From Balanoglossus misakiensis (Eukaryota; Animalia; Hemichordata): 64,000 bases of DNA. Location: positions 3,313,914 to 3,377,913 of the forward strand of contig CM082597.2 of the NCBI GenBank assembly GCA_040954595.2, written 5' to 3'. The position numbers and the translations under genes are program-made. A model generated the notes under the pieces. It had not been told where the DNA came from, searched no databases, and saw only the letters and a list, made by a program, of their open reading frames with translations. Shown here one piece after another: positions 13,601 to 45,737 of this stretch. Each line of letters opens with the position of its first letter. The stretch's first letter is position 1.

Positions 13601-16559
13601 GAGTACTTGAGTTTTGGAGGTGTTAATCTCAGCTGAATAGCAAATTCACCTTACACATGATTGACTTCAGCAAGTTCAGAATGGCAAGTTTTTTTCTGAA
13701 AGCTATAGACTGCTGAATTACAGGTGATCAACAAACAGGAGGTCATCTTCCTTTCATCTCCCGCGACCTACAAAACCTCAAACACCACCAGCACACACCA
13801 GATATTAAAGTCATTATTTAGCCCATACAAGGGAACGACCGCCGCACCCCTAAGCACTTGCGACGTCTTTTGTACCGCAATCCAATTCAACCCCCTCACA
13901 CCGGTTTCATGCAGACTTTTAATTCACTGCGCTACACAATACACAAGTCCCTGGCCACGTTTGCTTGTTAACTCGGCCTGCAGGCTCTGCGGTTCCGTTC
14001 AACACCTATCACCCATTACAGATGCGATGCCAGATCATTAGATTCTGAAAATTTTCAGGCGCGATCGCTGAAGGGGAAATGTGGTCAATGACATTTCCAC
14101 TCGTAGTCGGACATCATTCCAAGTCTCACTGCACATGCAGACATGCTGCATACTGATGTATAAAATACTGAAATTGTCCGCCGATTTACTATAAATCATT
14201 TCATCCAATTACTTTAAACAAACCTAGTCAGTTATCTTAATCAAATATCACTTTCATCGTTGTGTGAATTTATGCACAGGACCAAGCCAGCTACAGATGG
14301 CTGTTACCTGCAACCGGTTAGCCAGAGCAATATTCTTTCATCCACCCACATGTCAAAACAGGCTGTCATCCAGTAATATAAATGTAACTGGCGATTTGTT
14401 TGACTAATAAAATGCATAAATAAAAAATTTGGTCGCCACCTCTAACCCATTGCCCCCAAATCTAAGGAATAATATTATGTTTATAAAAAAGTATGTCAAT
14501 GATTTTTCCATTGACATCGGTCGAATACCAGTTGGGTGGAAACAAATTGCTCATTAGACGTCCTCCACCATATCGTACTTGTAAATCGTATCTGTAATTG
14601 GCCACATGGCGTTTGGCTTCTTCTATTGGATGTTGAGTGCGGTGTTCTCTTGTACGAGATGAAGACTGATACAGAGCAGAAATAGAAGGGGTGGCTCACC
14701 GAGGTCATACTTGTAGGTCGTCGGATGCTGACCCAAAAAATGACCCTTGTTGAAATTCGTGGACCTACACTCAGTGCTAGTACTAGACACCTGATATATG
14801 GTAGCCAGGGACCTAATGTGAATCTCGCTTTTTTCCCTCAATTCCCAGACATGTCATGACATATAAGAAGTAGGCTAAAGCCAATCTTGAGAAATACCCC
14901 CAAAATAAATAAATAAACCATCAGCTTCTGAAATTGAGCAGGTTATGGTGTCGGCAGTCGATCAGGGGTAGAAAAAAAATCTCGGGAGTTAATAGCTTGA
15001 CCTAGAGGGCAATCGGGAACACAGGGTGCACTATTTGTGTTTTGAGATCACTGCGGGGACAAGCAGCGCATTCCAGCATAACTTACTGCAGGCAGTTCAG
15101 TAATCGGCAGCACGATTTTACCGTAGTATTTGTCTCGAAAATCAAATTCTTTAATTTTTTCTCGTAATTTTTTTGCACATGGAAACTTTTAGATATTCTC
15201 TCTTAAAATTAGGAATAAAAATAAGGGCCAATGTGCAAAATTTTGAATGAGATCATAGCAAAATTGTCTCAAATTTGAAACTCAAAATGGCTGCCAATTG
15301 TACCGTACAGTTCGCCGTGTTTTAATTGTGCAATCGACAATGAACTAAACTATTCAACAAATCCATACAGCTTACAACAAACAAGGCCAATCGCACACCA
15401 AAAGTGCCAAGACGCAAGTCCAATCACCCCTATTACCTTGTAAATGGACTGAACCATACCATACAAATCAATAGCCAGAGGGCCAGTCCACTAGTCTCAG
15501 GGTGACCGCAATCAAAAGCCTAATACAGCACTCCAGAAACAACAACAACATCAGCAGTTAGGAATTCCAATTTCCAATTGTCTGGTCAAGTTCCTCACAT
15601 ACTGGAGAGTCTAATTTTAATTTCATGAGCTGTAGACAAACCGGGTGCATTGTTAGCCCGGCCATTGAATTCACCAAGGCCATGCTTTTGTGCCAGAGGT
15701 GACTCACAGACCGTGGCAGTTGGGTTTGTGCCGTACACGGCAAACAGTTGCCGAAAATTGGATTGTAGTTGACACTGAAAAGAACAACTAACTTCACATT
15801 GAATGGAAAGTCTGTGGTCTGCCATTGCTCGTGCAGTAGAACTGTCATCATTGGATAATTGTCCCACAAATGCAGGATTTCCACTATACAGGACCAATCA
15901 CGAACTATATAGTTAAACGGTATATGGTAAGCTAGAATTTGTTTAAAACATGCGAAAATTCACACCTCTGTCCTAAAGTTGTGAACTACTTTGCAAGATA
16001 ATCAGGTTTTCATTAACACTTTCTGTTAAATTCACTTCAATTTTACTACTGTATCAGCATTGAATGATGTTGAGAATCTCTTTACATAAGAGTCATGTTG
16101 GACCAACTGGCCTGGATCAGATTCAGAATGTGTCCAAATCGAAACATGTGTAACCATAGTTCTAGAATCTATTTACCCAGACATTGCTTAACAAATCTAT
16201 TTAGCATTTTTTGGTTACCAATGCGAAAAAACAGTCGAGTATTTAAACTCCATAGTTTGTCCGCCCAAAATGTCAATAACATTAAACTATCAGGAAAAGT
16301 TTGTTGCATAGGATATTGGTCCTGTGTAAATACACACGACCTGCTAATTGTGGATTTAATGCCAACACATAGACCTGGGTGTCCTATAAATTATCCAGTC
16401 AAGTAGATCTTGTGTCAATATGATGTAAAATACTTGCAGTCTTGCCCTACTTTTTACAACTGATCCATCGACCCCATGTGTGTTGGTTGTTGTGTGTGAC
16501 CGACCGAATATTTGGACTTTGTTCAGATAATATTGGCACACCCAGAGTTCCCCTGTTCT

Positions 16560-16653
16560 TTAACCCATTTCACCACAGTGGTTCAGTCCAAATCCATTGA
16601 TTTCTATGGTAAAATTGGACCTCTGAAGAGGGATCTGGGGGTGAAAGGGTTAA
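16560..16653 (+). mobile_element. piggyBac-like MITE copy
   Basis: ttaacccatttcacc...ggtgaaagggttaa, with TTAA on both sides. Confidence 0.8.
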
Positions 16654-17057
16654 TCCTCAGTGGCAGACATTTTAAAATTTGAAACACAGATGTACCGGTA
16701 GTTACGTATACTGTGACAGTGTTATTGCTAAGGTTGGATGATATAGGTTCATTTGGGAGCTAAATTGACCATAACATTTCTGCTACCCACATATATGAAG
16801 TTGCATTCCATATACCTGTGGGAACAGGTTATTTAGTCTGAAAAAACCTTCATCAGTTATGTCTACTACCCAATTGACTGACCACTTGTATGTAGGAAGT
16901 CAAAGGTACTGTTGGGATAATTTGCAAGACCGGTTCATGGAGTTATGTCCAGTTGCAAAACAAGTGACTTTTTAAATTCTTTTTGTATTTTCAGATCCTT
17001 AGAGGCGTGGTAAATTATTGGACAATTGGATCAAGAAATAGAAGACATTGTTGAAAA

Positions 17058-31093
<14,036 letters not shown>

Positions 31094-31204
31094 AATCAAC
31101 GCCAAAGCAATCATGTCCAGAACATGGAAACGAAGTCACCTTGTTATCTTCACATAAGAAGTCAATTCCTTGTACAGATACCTATTTGATCCCTCTTGCC
31201 ATTT

Positions 31205-31296
31205 TCAACCTGTCACCCCCATCTCCCGGTACATGGTCTATACTCCACCACTGGAAACAATGAGACTACAACAAAGTTTGGTGGTGACAGGGTTTA
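31205..31296 (-). mobile_element. diverged MITE copy in the PHLDB 3' UTR
   Basis: aaccctgtcacc-like ends (aacctgtcacccc...ggtggtgacagggtt); the interior is similar to the 26990 and 37160 copies. Confidence 0.6.
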
Positions 31297-33586
31297 ACCC
31301 ATACAGTGGTAGCAGCTCATAGAGTCTTGTTTGTGTTTGAATCGTAACCCCTGTACAACTCGGAATTCTCTCCCACCATTGGCATCCTTTGGTACCGAGT
31401 TTCTATTTATTTGACTATCCATCAGGTGTTAGTATTTTTCTCGATATAAAACCACATTTCTTATATTTTTATGTAAACTTGCGACATTTTATATGACAGA
31501 CATGTTTATACATCATTTCCAGTAGCTTATCCTGTTCCTATTTCAGATGGTACAACACACCTGCTTTAATGGCCTGTCGCTAATTCTACAGAATTAAATG
31601 GTAACCACAAGTGCCTTTACACACACAAGTCTCGGATATTGTTTGGGCAAAGTTTTAGAATGACAGTGGTCAGTATCAAGGCAATGTTTGCAAAGATTAC
31701 CGCAAACTGGTCCTGTAATTCATGTGGGCAGGACCGAGAAGTGGAAACAAATTTGATTATATTCAGAGGCAAAAATTATGACTTAAAAAGTTACTTTCAA
31801 ACTATTGGTACAAGTAAACAACTTGTGACTTAAGAAACTCATCAGCATTTTTGGTAACAATTTCAGTATTATGTGCATTATTTTTATATCACAAATCCAA
31901 GATTCTTATATTTAGAAAGTAACTATCAGTATTCACTCAAGCTTGCCAACCAAAGATGTGAATTGAAAATCAATATGGATGCTTTTCATACTTGGTTTCA
32001 ACTTTTTAAGATGAATGAGTACGAGAATGAATATCTCTTGCCGCGAATGAGAATGGCTGTCTGGATGTATTCGAGGCTCACAAAGTTCTACACACAGGAA
32101 ACTACAAACCTGCGGTATATCAAAATTGTTTTTTTTTAGATGAAGCATTTCTGGTGTTATCACTGAGCAAGAACATGGTAATTTCGTTCATCAAGTTTCT
32201 GTTTCTTGACTATTCTGGGTTTAGTTTAGAATGATTTCATTGTATATACTGCTTCTTCACAACAGGGGTCAAGTTTTGTATCTCAAATTAAAAGGAAAAA
32301 AAACTAACATATCTTCAAGGCATCATAAACGTTTCTTGATATCCACTTCACTCAACAAACTTCTTATCGGTGCTACAGCATTGTGAATACACTGTTTTTA
32401 AGACAAAAATTCGCCCTCCTATGTTTTATGTGTATAAAAGATATATTCATTGATGTAAAACCAAGTGTTATTATTTTAATATTTAACGAATTGGTCTTAC
32501 TTACAGTAAACTAATACTGCCAAAATATGGAAACGTTCTTATGTATGTTCATGTATACACCCAAAAACTAAAAAAGGAATATTTTACCGAAAAAGGCAAC
32601 ATGAAAGTTTTAATTTTTTGGAAATTTGATGCAATGTAACTTTTTGAACTAATATTTGATACATGGTTTTGTAATTGGGTCATATATTTTTCAAATACAA
32701 GGAATATTTGTATGGTAGTTCTCATGTGTCACGGCTATTGTTCCCTTCAGAATGTATGCATGTGTGCAGATGTGTGTGTTGCACCGAACTAAGAATAATG
32801 TGGAACTGAACGGACTGCACAACATGAGTGAATTAATTATCAGGCTTACAAAAACGTCATCAACTTGTACACCATGTGTTAAACATGCTCACGCTAATTT
32901 ATATATCAGCCAATCAGCTGGAACGATTGAAAAGTGTCCATCTGTGTGTAGAGATTCCATCTGTGTATATAGAGATTTCCATTGGATGAACGCGAGCACG
33001 CGCAAGGCATGTCTTCACCAGGTGCTTTTTACATATTTGTAGCGTGGTCCACTTCATTTGTGTCACCACTTTCACAGCGGAATTACCGTGTCTGATGACG
33101 AATATGTATTCGTTGCCCAAAGCACGCGCCAAGAAAAGGAGCTACAGGAATAAAAAAAAAACGCGAAGAGGATCAGGAGAGAACTGGTTGTTCCAGGATT
33201 CTGGGGAACTTCTTGAGGAAAATGTGCATAGCCCATTGTCGAACGAGAGTGTCATTCATTCTGGTTTGCGGAGGTCACCGCCATCAACAGCAAGTAAGCA
33301 CGCATTACCATATTTCATTGTACCGGCACGTAAAGAATACTAACAGACTTATCACCAATTTGCAATACAGAATGTCAACATTTTATTGAGTTTCTGGGTT
33401 TGCACTGACAACAAATCCAAGGAAAGTGATAGTTCAAAAAGACTTGATTACAACTACAAGATGCTTTTAAGACAGGTTCGTGGTTACCTACTTTGTAAAT
33501 CAAGGCAAGAAAAGAAAACACTGTTTTAACCGTTTGCCAGTTCTGTCATACGTCGAAAAGGGATATGAAGCTTAAAATTGTACAAA

Positions 33587-34719
33587 TCAGATTTCTGCAC
33601 AACAAAACTTTATTTTGTAGTCTTGACAAGGTTGGCCACTAGGTTGGTCTTGAGTGCGGCAAGCGAATCCCATGGACTTGTTATACCCATAAAACAGGTC
33701 TCCCGTGCGGTGAGCTTCCGTTACCCCGTCGGCGGCGCTCACGACATAAATCGCTGAGGGGGACCTACACATTTCATCTGGGAAATTGGTATACGCCCTC
33801 GCTGGGGATTCCCAATCTCCACCTCCAGTTGGTTGGTCCATGTTGAAATATCTTGTCCATTGTCCACTGCATTCTATTGATGAACATTACATAGCGCAGC
33901 GGTTAAAATTACTGTAAACTGAAGTGATCATTATGTCGTGCATGATTTAAGAATTTTAACAACCATGTCAAAACACCCTGACTACAAAAAAAGCCAAAAA
34001 GAAACGTTAAGAGTTGTGGATGTACATGTATTTAGTTGCTGTGTTTAAAGAACCGAGGGAACTTGATTTAACCAATCAGATATTACGTACGACACAGCAA
34101 TGCCCCGCTGTCAATAGCAAAGGTTTTGGCTGCTGCGATTGGTTGTTTTATGGTATCTGCATGACTATATGGTAATTCTTGGCACCATTCTTATAGCTCA
34201 TTAAAATAAATGGATCCGTCCATTTTTAGTGCATTGTGACCGTATATGATAAATCATTTGCCACAATACGCGGAAGACTGGTATCATTACAATTTCTATT
34301 TTGATAGTGCTAAATATATCGAGACATACCCGGTTCTGGATAAATGGGATAGACGAATTTTGCCCTGTTAAAATAAAAACGTGAGATATAACATGAATGA
34401 GCCGCCTGAACATAAACTGTTAACTCTGTGTCTAGCAGACAAGTGCAAATATATAAATGTGAAACACTAAGCGATTCTTTCATTAATTTTTGTTCTTGTT
34501 TGATGGAACGTACACAACGAATACCGTGTACAAACTTTGTTTGGATAATGAAATGAATTGTGTTTTTGGAAATCTCGGAGATTATACAGCTTTGAAGGAC
34601 GATAGTACTTGGTCTATAACGTGGAACAAAACCTCTTCAAGACATGTAGATAGTTACCTTCCGTAGACAAAGAGCACAGAAGCGACAATTAACACCAATA
34701 GGGCTCGAGAACCTTTCAT
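33587..34719 (-). CDS. small secreted protein consisting of one mucin CysD / WxxW (CILP N-terminal-like) domain, ~127 aa
   Basis: Three phase-consistent exons: 34719-34658 (signal peptide MKGSRALLVLIVASVLFVYG, phase 2), 34364-34330 (35 nt, phase 1) and 33873-33587 (CSGQWTRYFNMDQPTGGGDWE...C.SPSAI...GFACRTQDQPSGQPCQDYKIKFCC). A minus-strand AATAAA lies at ~33382-33387. Confidence 0.8.
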
Positions 34720-35527
34720 CTTCGAAGTTGTTAACAAACAAACAAACAAACAAATTACAAGCTATTTCCCGCAAATCAGCTATCTATGTAGAAATTATAT
34801 AGAAAACAACACGTTCGTGTTTCAAATCATGGTGATGATAAGCAAATATTTCAGTATAATTGAAACTAAAAATCATTCGCCTAGCCTAGCTATTGTAAAA
34901 CAATTGCACTAGAAAAGGATCGGAGGGCGTTTCAAGTCAGTATATGGGCACATTCAAAACAGTCGATTCTATTCTGAACAGCTGTTGAAATCTCGTGTAA
35001 AGACTCACAAAAGAAGCATATGGACGAACAGCCTAACGGCATTACTTCCTCGCACAAAACAGACTTAAAATAATGTTAGGAATTTGATGAAACTTAACAC
35101 TAAGATATAAATGGTTATCTGTATTTTGACGACTACATCTTCATTGAAGACAAGATGACAATCTTGAAAATTCAAAAAGGCTTGTACATACCCAAAATGT
35201 CCTGTGAAAGTAATTGCAGGCTGTCGCGTATCTCAGTGAAATTGCTGTATTTTTGTGCATGGTCTTATACATTTTCTATGTGAACCATGAGCAAAGCGTT
35301 TAAATTGTACTTCATTTAAATATGACATTTGATTTGTTCATAAAATAGAACATTTCGTTGATTGGTTTATTAAATAGAACATGTCTACGTGTATGTATTC
35401 ACATATTCAAATCTTGTGAAGCACTTCGAATCCTAAAATAGTGCTTTGCAAACGTGTTTACCTATTACTGGATTGTTAAATGACCTGTCCATTAGCGCGG
35501 TTCGGTGTTTTAGCAGTTTTATTTGTT

Positions 35528-35730
35528 AAAATAGAATTTTAATGTGTGAAAAGTTCGTGTAATTAGGACATACTGTCCGGGAAGTGCGTGTGTGGAGGGT
35601 GGTGGTGGTGGTGTTTCAGCAGGTTGATTTGTGAAAATAGATTTTAATGTGGGAAAAGTTCGTGTAATTAGGACATACTGTCCGGGTCTAGGTCCCGGGA
35701 AAGTGTGTGTGTGTGGGGGGGGGGGGGTGT
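35528..35730. repeat. ~106-bp tandem dimer with G/GT-rich tails
   Basis: aaaatag-attttaatgtg-gaaaagttcgtgtaattaggacatactgtccggg occurs at ~35528 and ~35634, each followed by a GT/G-rich tract. Confidence 0.7.
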
Positions 35731-36401
35731 TGTAGGCGCTAAGCACCACTGTTAGCTAGAAGTGGTCCACGCTACAGTGCCCGTATTTAAATTGCGGTTG
35801 TGCCAATTTGAAGCAGATGGCAGATTTTGCATATTCGACTCTCGTGTGATTTGAGGTGGGGTGGGGGTGGGGCTTACTACCAGCCAAGGAATTTCTAAGG
35901 ATTGTTTTGGCTTGTCGATGACAGCTGTCGCACCCGAGAACATCGTGATGATCATTGCCATGACGATGTCATCATGCATCTTTATTACATTCTTGTACAA
36001 AAAATGATAAAAACAATGAATTATAAAACAACTAACTTTAATGAAACAAATGAGCTTCAACCAGGCTCTCATCACATGAATAAAAACTCGCAAGAAGCCA
36101 GACATAAGTAATCATAGAAAAATAGTGTCAAGAACACTGTGCTCCCATTTGATCAGAACTGTTACATAAAAAAAGACTTGCATGTAAATTAGTTATAGAC
36201 GGATTCATTCTAATTAAAGGGAAAGACACTTTCTTAAAATTTCAAGGCACTGTCTTAAAAGTTCATTGTATTGCCCAAAGAATGGCAAAAAGTCAACAAT
36301 GTAATATTCATATTTTATTCATACTGTTGGCATATTATAATGGCATCCCGTATGCCATGAAGTAATGGCTTCTGAGAAATAGTTCTTTTGAAAGAAATTG
36401 A

Positions 36402-37553
36402 TCAATCATCTTGTGGCTTCTCTCCTTGAAGTCTTGATCTCCTGTTGGTTAAAACAGAATAAAATGACTACCATTGTCTTTACTCTGGAAACTGCAGCTT
36501 TAATTTGCATAGGTGACCATATACCTTTAACACAGACATGCTTCATGCACAAAGATGTGGTAATGAAAGGACTGCAAACTCACAGGAATTCATTAACTCT
36601 CTGTAGCTCTGTTATCTTCTTTTCCGTCTGCTCCATCCACTGTCGGTATTTTTCGCCCCACTGTAGCTTCAGCTGAAAACGATGAAACAAAGAAAAACAA
36701 GGTATTTAACCCTTTCACCCCCAGTTCCTTCTTTAGAGGTCCTAACTTACCATAGAAAACAATGGGTTTGGATTGAACCAGGGTAGCAAAAGGGTTAGTT
36801 GTGGGCCCTCCCTACAAACCCACTGCAGTCAGAATGTGTTAGCGGATTAAAGTATCATTTTCTTTTTTTTTTCATTTCTTAGAAACTTACTTTCATATTT
36901 AACTGTTCTTCTTTTTCACACCATTGTGCCTCTTTAATGCTGAGTTCTGTCAATAACTGGTCATATTTCTCTCGCATTTCTTGGTTTTCTTTGCCCAAGG
37001 CGTCATTTAAATAACCAAGTTCTTCTCTTTCCCTGTCGAGCAATTCACACTTTTGGGAGAGTTCCTCAATGAATTTTTCATGGCCGCAATCTTCATGTTC
37101 CTACAGTCAGACAGAAAACAAATGAACCGTTTTGGAATCACATCCCCAAACTCATCAATATTCGCACCCCTGTTTCTGTGTACATTGGTCGAACTTCACC
37201 ACTGAAAACAATTGATTTGGACCAAACCATGGTGGTGAATGGGGGGGGGGGGGGGCTGGGAACGAAACTTACTTTCCAATGTTTGGCTCTGCTACAGTAA
37301 CATAGGTTTTCTCGCTCTTGAGTAATGTTGTGTTCTTGGCCTTTCTCAACTCATCCAGTCTTCTCTTCAGCGATGAAACTTCACCTTCAAGCTGACAAAA
37401 AAGTTACGAAATTACAGACATGTCATAACAACCAAACTTTTCAAAAGCATTGCAGCTTAAAACTGGACTCACCTCTCGAACTTTTTCTTTCCAGTGGAGA
37501 TCGCTTCCTGTTTTCTCACTCTCTTTCGAGTGAGTGCTAACTCGACGCGACAT
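36402..37553 (-). CDS. uncharacterised coiled-coil protein gene (five recognisable coding exons, one junction out of phase)
   Basis: Exons with strong splice sites: 37553-37473 (MSRRVSTHSKESEKTGSDLHWKEKVRE), 37391-37273 (LEGEVSSLKRRLDELRKAKNTTLLKSEK...), 37100-36891 (EHEDCGHEKFIEELSQKC...ELSIKEAQWCEKEEQLNMK), 36672-36584 (LKLQWGEKYRQWMEQTEKKITELQRVNEF) and 36441-36402 (RSRLQGEKPQDD*). Every junction is in phase except exon 2 to exon 3. Confidence 0.7.
36706..36798 (-). mobile_element. piggyBac-like MITE copy
   Basis: ttaaccctttcacccccagttcc...ccatagaaaacaatggg...aaaagggttag. Confidence 0.75.
37160..37245 (-). mobile_element. diverged MITE copy followed by a G run
   Basis: cacccctgtttctgtgtacattgg...gaaaacaattgatttggaccaaaccatggtggtgaatggg. 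Confidence 0.6.
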
Positions 37554-37761
37554 TGTTCTTCTGATCCTGAAATTTCATTAAAATTCGCACGTCATTCAGC
37601 CGTCGGATCAAACAACGTACCGTAACTCTTTCGTAAACATACAACTTGAATAAAACTGTTGTTGTTGTGTTTTGACCTCTGACCCGTTCGTTTGTTTGTC
37701 GTTACTTCGCTCTCCCTTTGCGACAATTTCTACCCTTTTGCGACATTCAACGTCACTCAAG
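37554..37761. promoter_or_regulatory. compact bidirectional promoter region (coiled-coil gene / TBC1D23)
   Basis: The two start codons point away from each other, 208 bp apart, in CpG-rich sequence. A CAAGATGGCGG (YY1-type) motif overlaps the TBC1D23 ATG. Confidence 0.6.
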
Positions 37762-44546
<6,785 letters not shown>

Positions 44547-45077
44547 CACCCCCTAAACCGGGTCGCACAGATTTAACTTATTTTAATCAGCCCTATCTCC
44601 CTCGTCTCCCCCAATATAATGGAAGATCCCCATATTTTTTCATGGTGTGTGGGTCAGTCAACTTCGGAAGGGAGGGTAGGGTAGGGGTACCGAACATGTA
44701 AAAAGTACAGTGCAATCAGAAATTTCAGATGTACAGATTTCAAGATATGAACACAATTTCCATAGTTTCACCAACTACGTAGCCACAGAAACATTCTGTA
44801 GAATCTTAAGTTCCGAGTGTAGCTACTTGTGTATATATTCTATTGAGTTTTCACCAGATTCTTAACTTAGGTAGACGGGTGCAGTGTACAATCTGTAGAA
44901 ATCTGCATATAACGACTACAGTATACAAACTTTATGTGTAGATTCATACTCGATTTACAAGTCTGTTGGTGCAGATTGTATGAAAAGAACTGGACATCAG
45001 ATTCCCAGGGTAGCCCACTACAGTTATGCCTTACAGTGACCATGTCAATTGTACTGCCAAGCGACTGCAACTTGGCC

Positions 45078-45231
45078 CCATACTGTGGTGGCGTGGGTTA
45101 GCTTCAGCGTTAGGGTTAGGACTGTATTACAATATGACTAAAATGATTTAGTTTCGAATTTTCGGTTTTTATGTAAATTTATTTTAAAAACAGTCCTAAC
45201 CCTAATGCTAACCCTCGCCACCAGAGAATGG
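45078..45231. repeat. foldback/inverted repeat with TTAGGG-like arms in the TBC1D23 3' UTR
   Basis: The left arm tggtggcgtgggttagc...ttagggttaggactgt (45086-45125) pairs with acagtcctaaccctaatgctaaccctcgccacca (45190-45223). Confidence 0.75.
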
Positions 45232-45546
45232 TACAGGATTCTTGTATACTCCAGAATTCTTTCTAAATTTCAAACCACCTGCTATTTTATAAAATGAATG
45301 GGTGATAGGGTCATCATATCTTCATATCATGGGAAACAAGGACTTTATTAGACTGACTTTTTATAGCTCTTACATTTTGTTGAAACTTCTCCAACTGCAT
45401 TTTATAGCGTTTAGTATATGCTAGTGTTCAGGAACAAGAATATATTATGTCTTGCAAAGGTGTATGAATAAAGAAACTGATCCTTCGAATTTCAAATTTG
45501 TTTTGTGGTTTGTTTACCTGTAAATCGTGCATGTTCTAGTATTATT

Positions 45547-45615
45547 ACATACGTATGTACGTACATACATACATACATGTAACATTCACATACATATATA
45601 CATACATACATACAT
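45547..45615. repeat. imperfect (TACA)n microsatellite between the convergent TBC1D23 and TRIM genes
   Basis: Runs of acatacatacat. Confidence 0.7.
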
Positions 45616-45737
45616 GGCAGTGTCTTGAACTAAAAACTTCTTGCAATTGTTCTTGCATGCTGGGGCTCTTGGTCGTCATAACTCGACACTTTTTCAGAGT
45701 TTACACTGACCATGAGCTTAATGCGTAATACAGGTAG

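Noticed and set aside
7600-16990. Short ORFs (60-130 aa) in the probable first PHLDB intron
   Set aside because: They show no domain similarity, coding-like composition or consistent splice phases, and I saw no transposase or reverse-transcriptase motifs.
45105-45215. Interstitial telomere or chromosome-fusion scar
   Set aside because: There are only about two TTAGGG units per arm, embedded in longer non-telomeric inverted arms; a foldback element explains this better.
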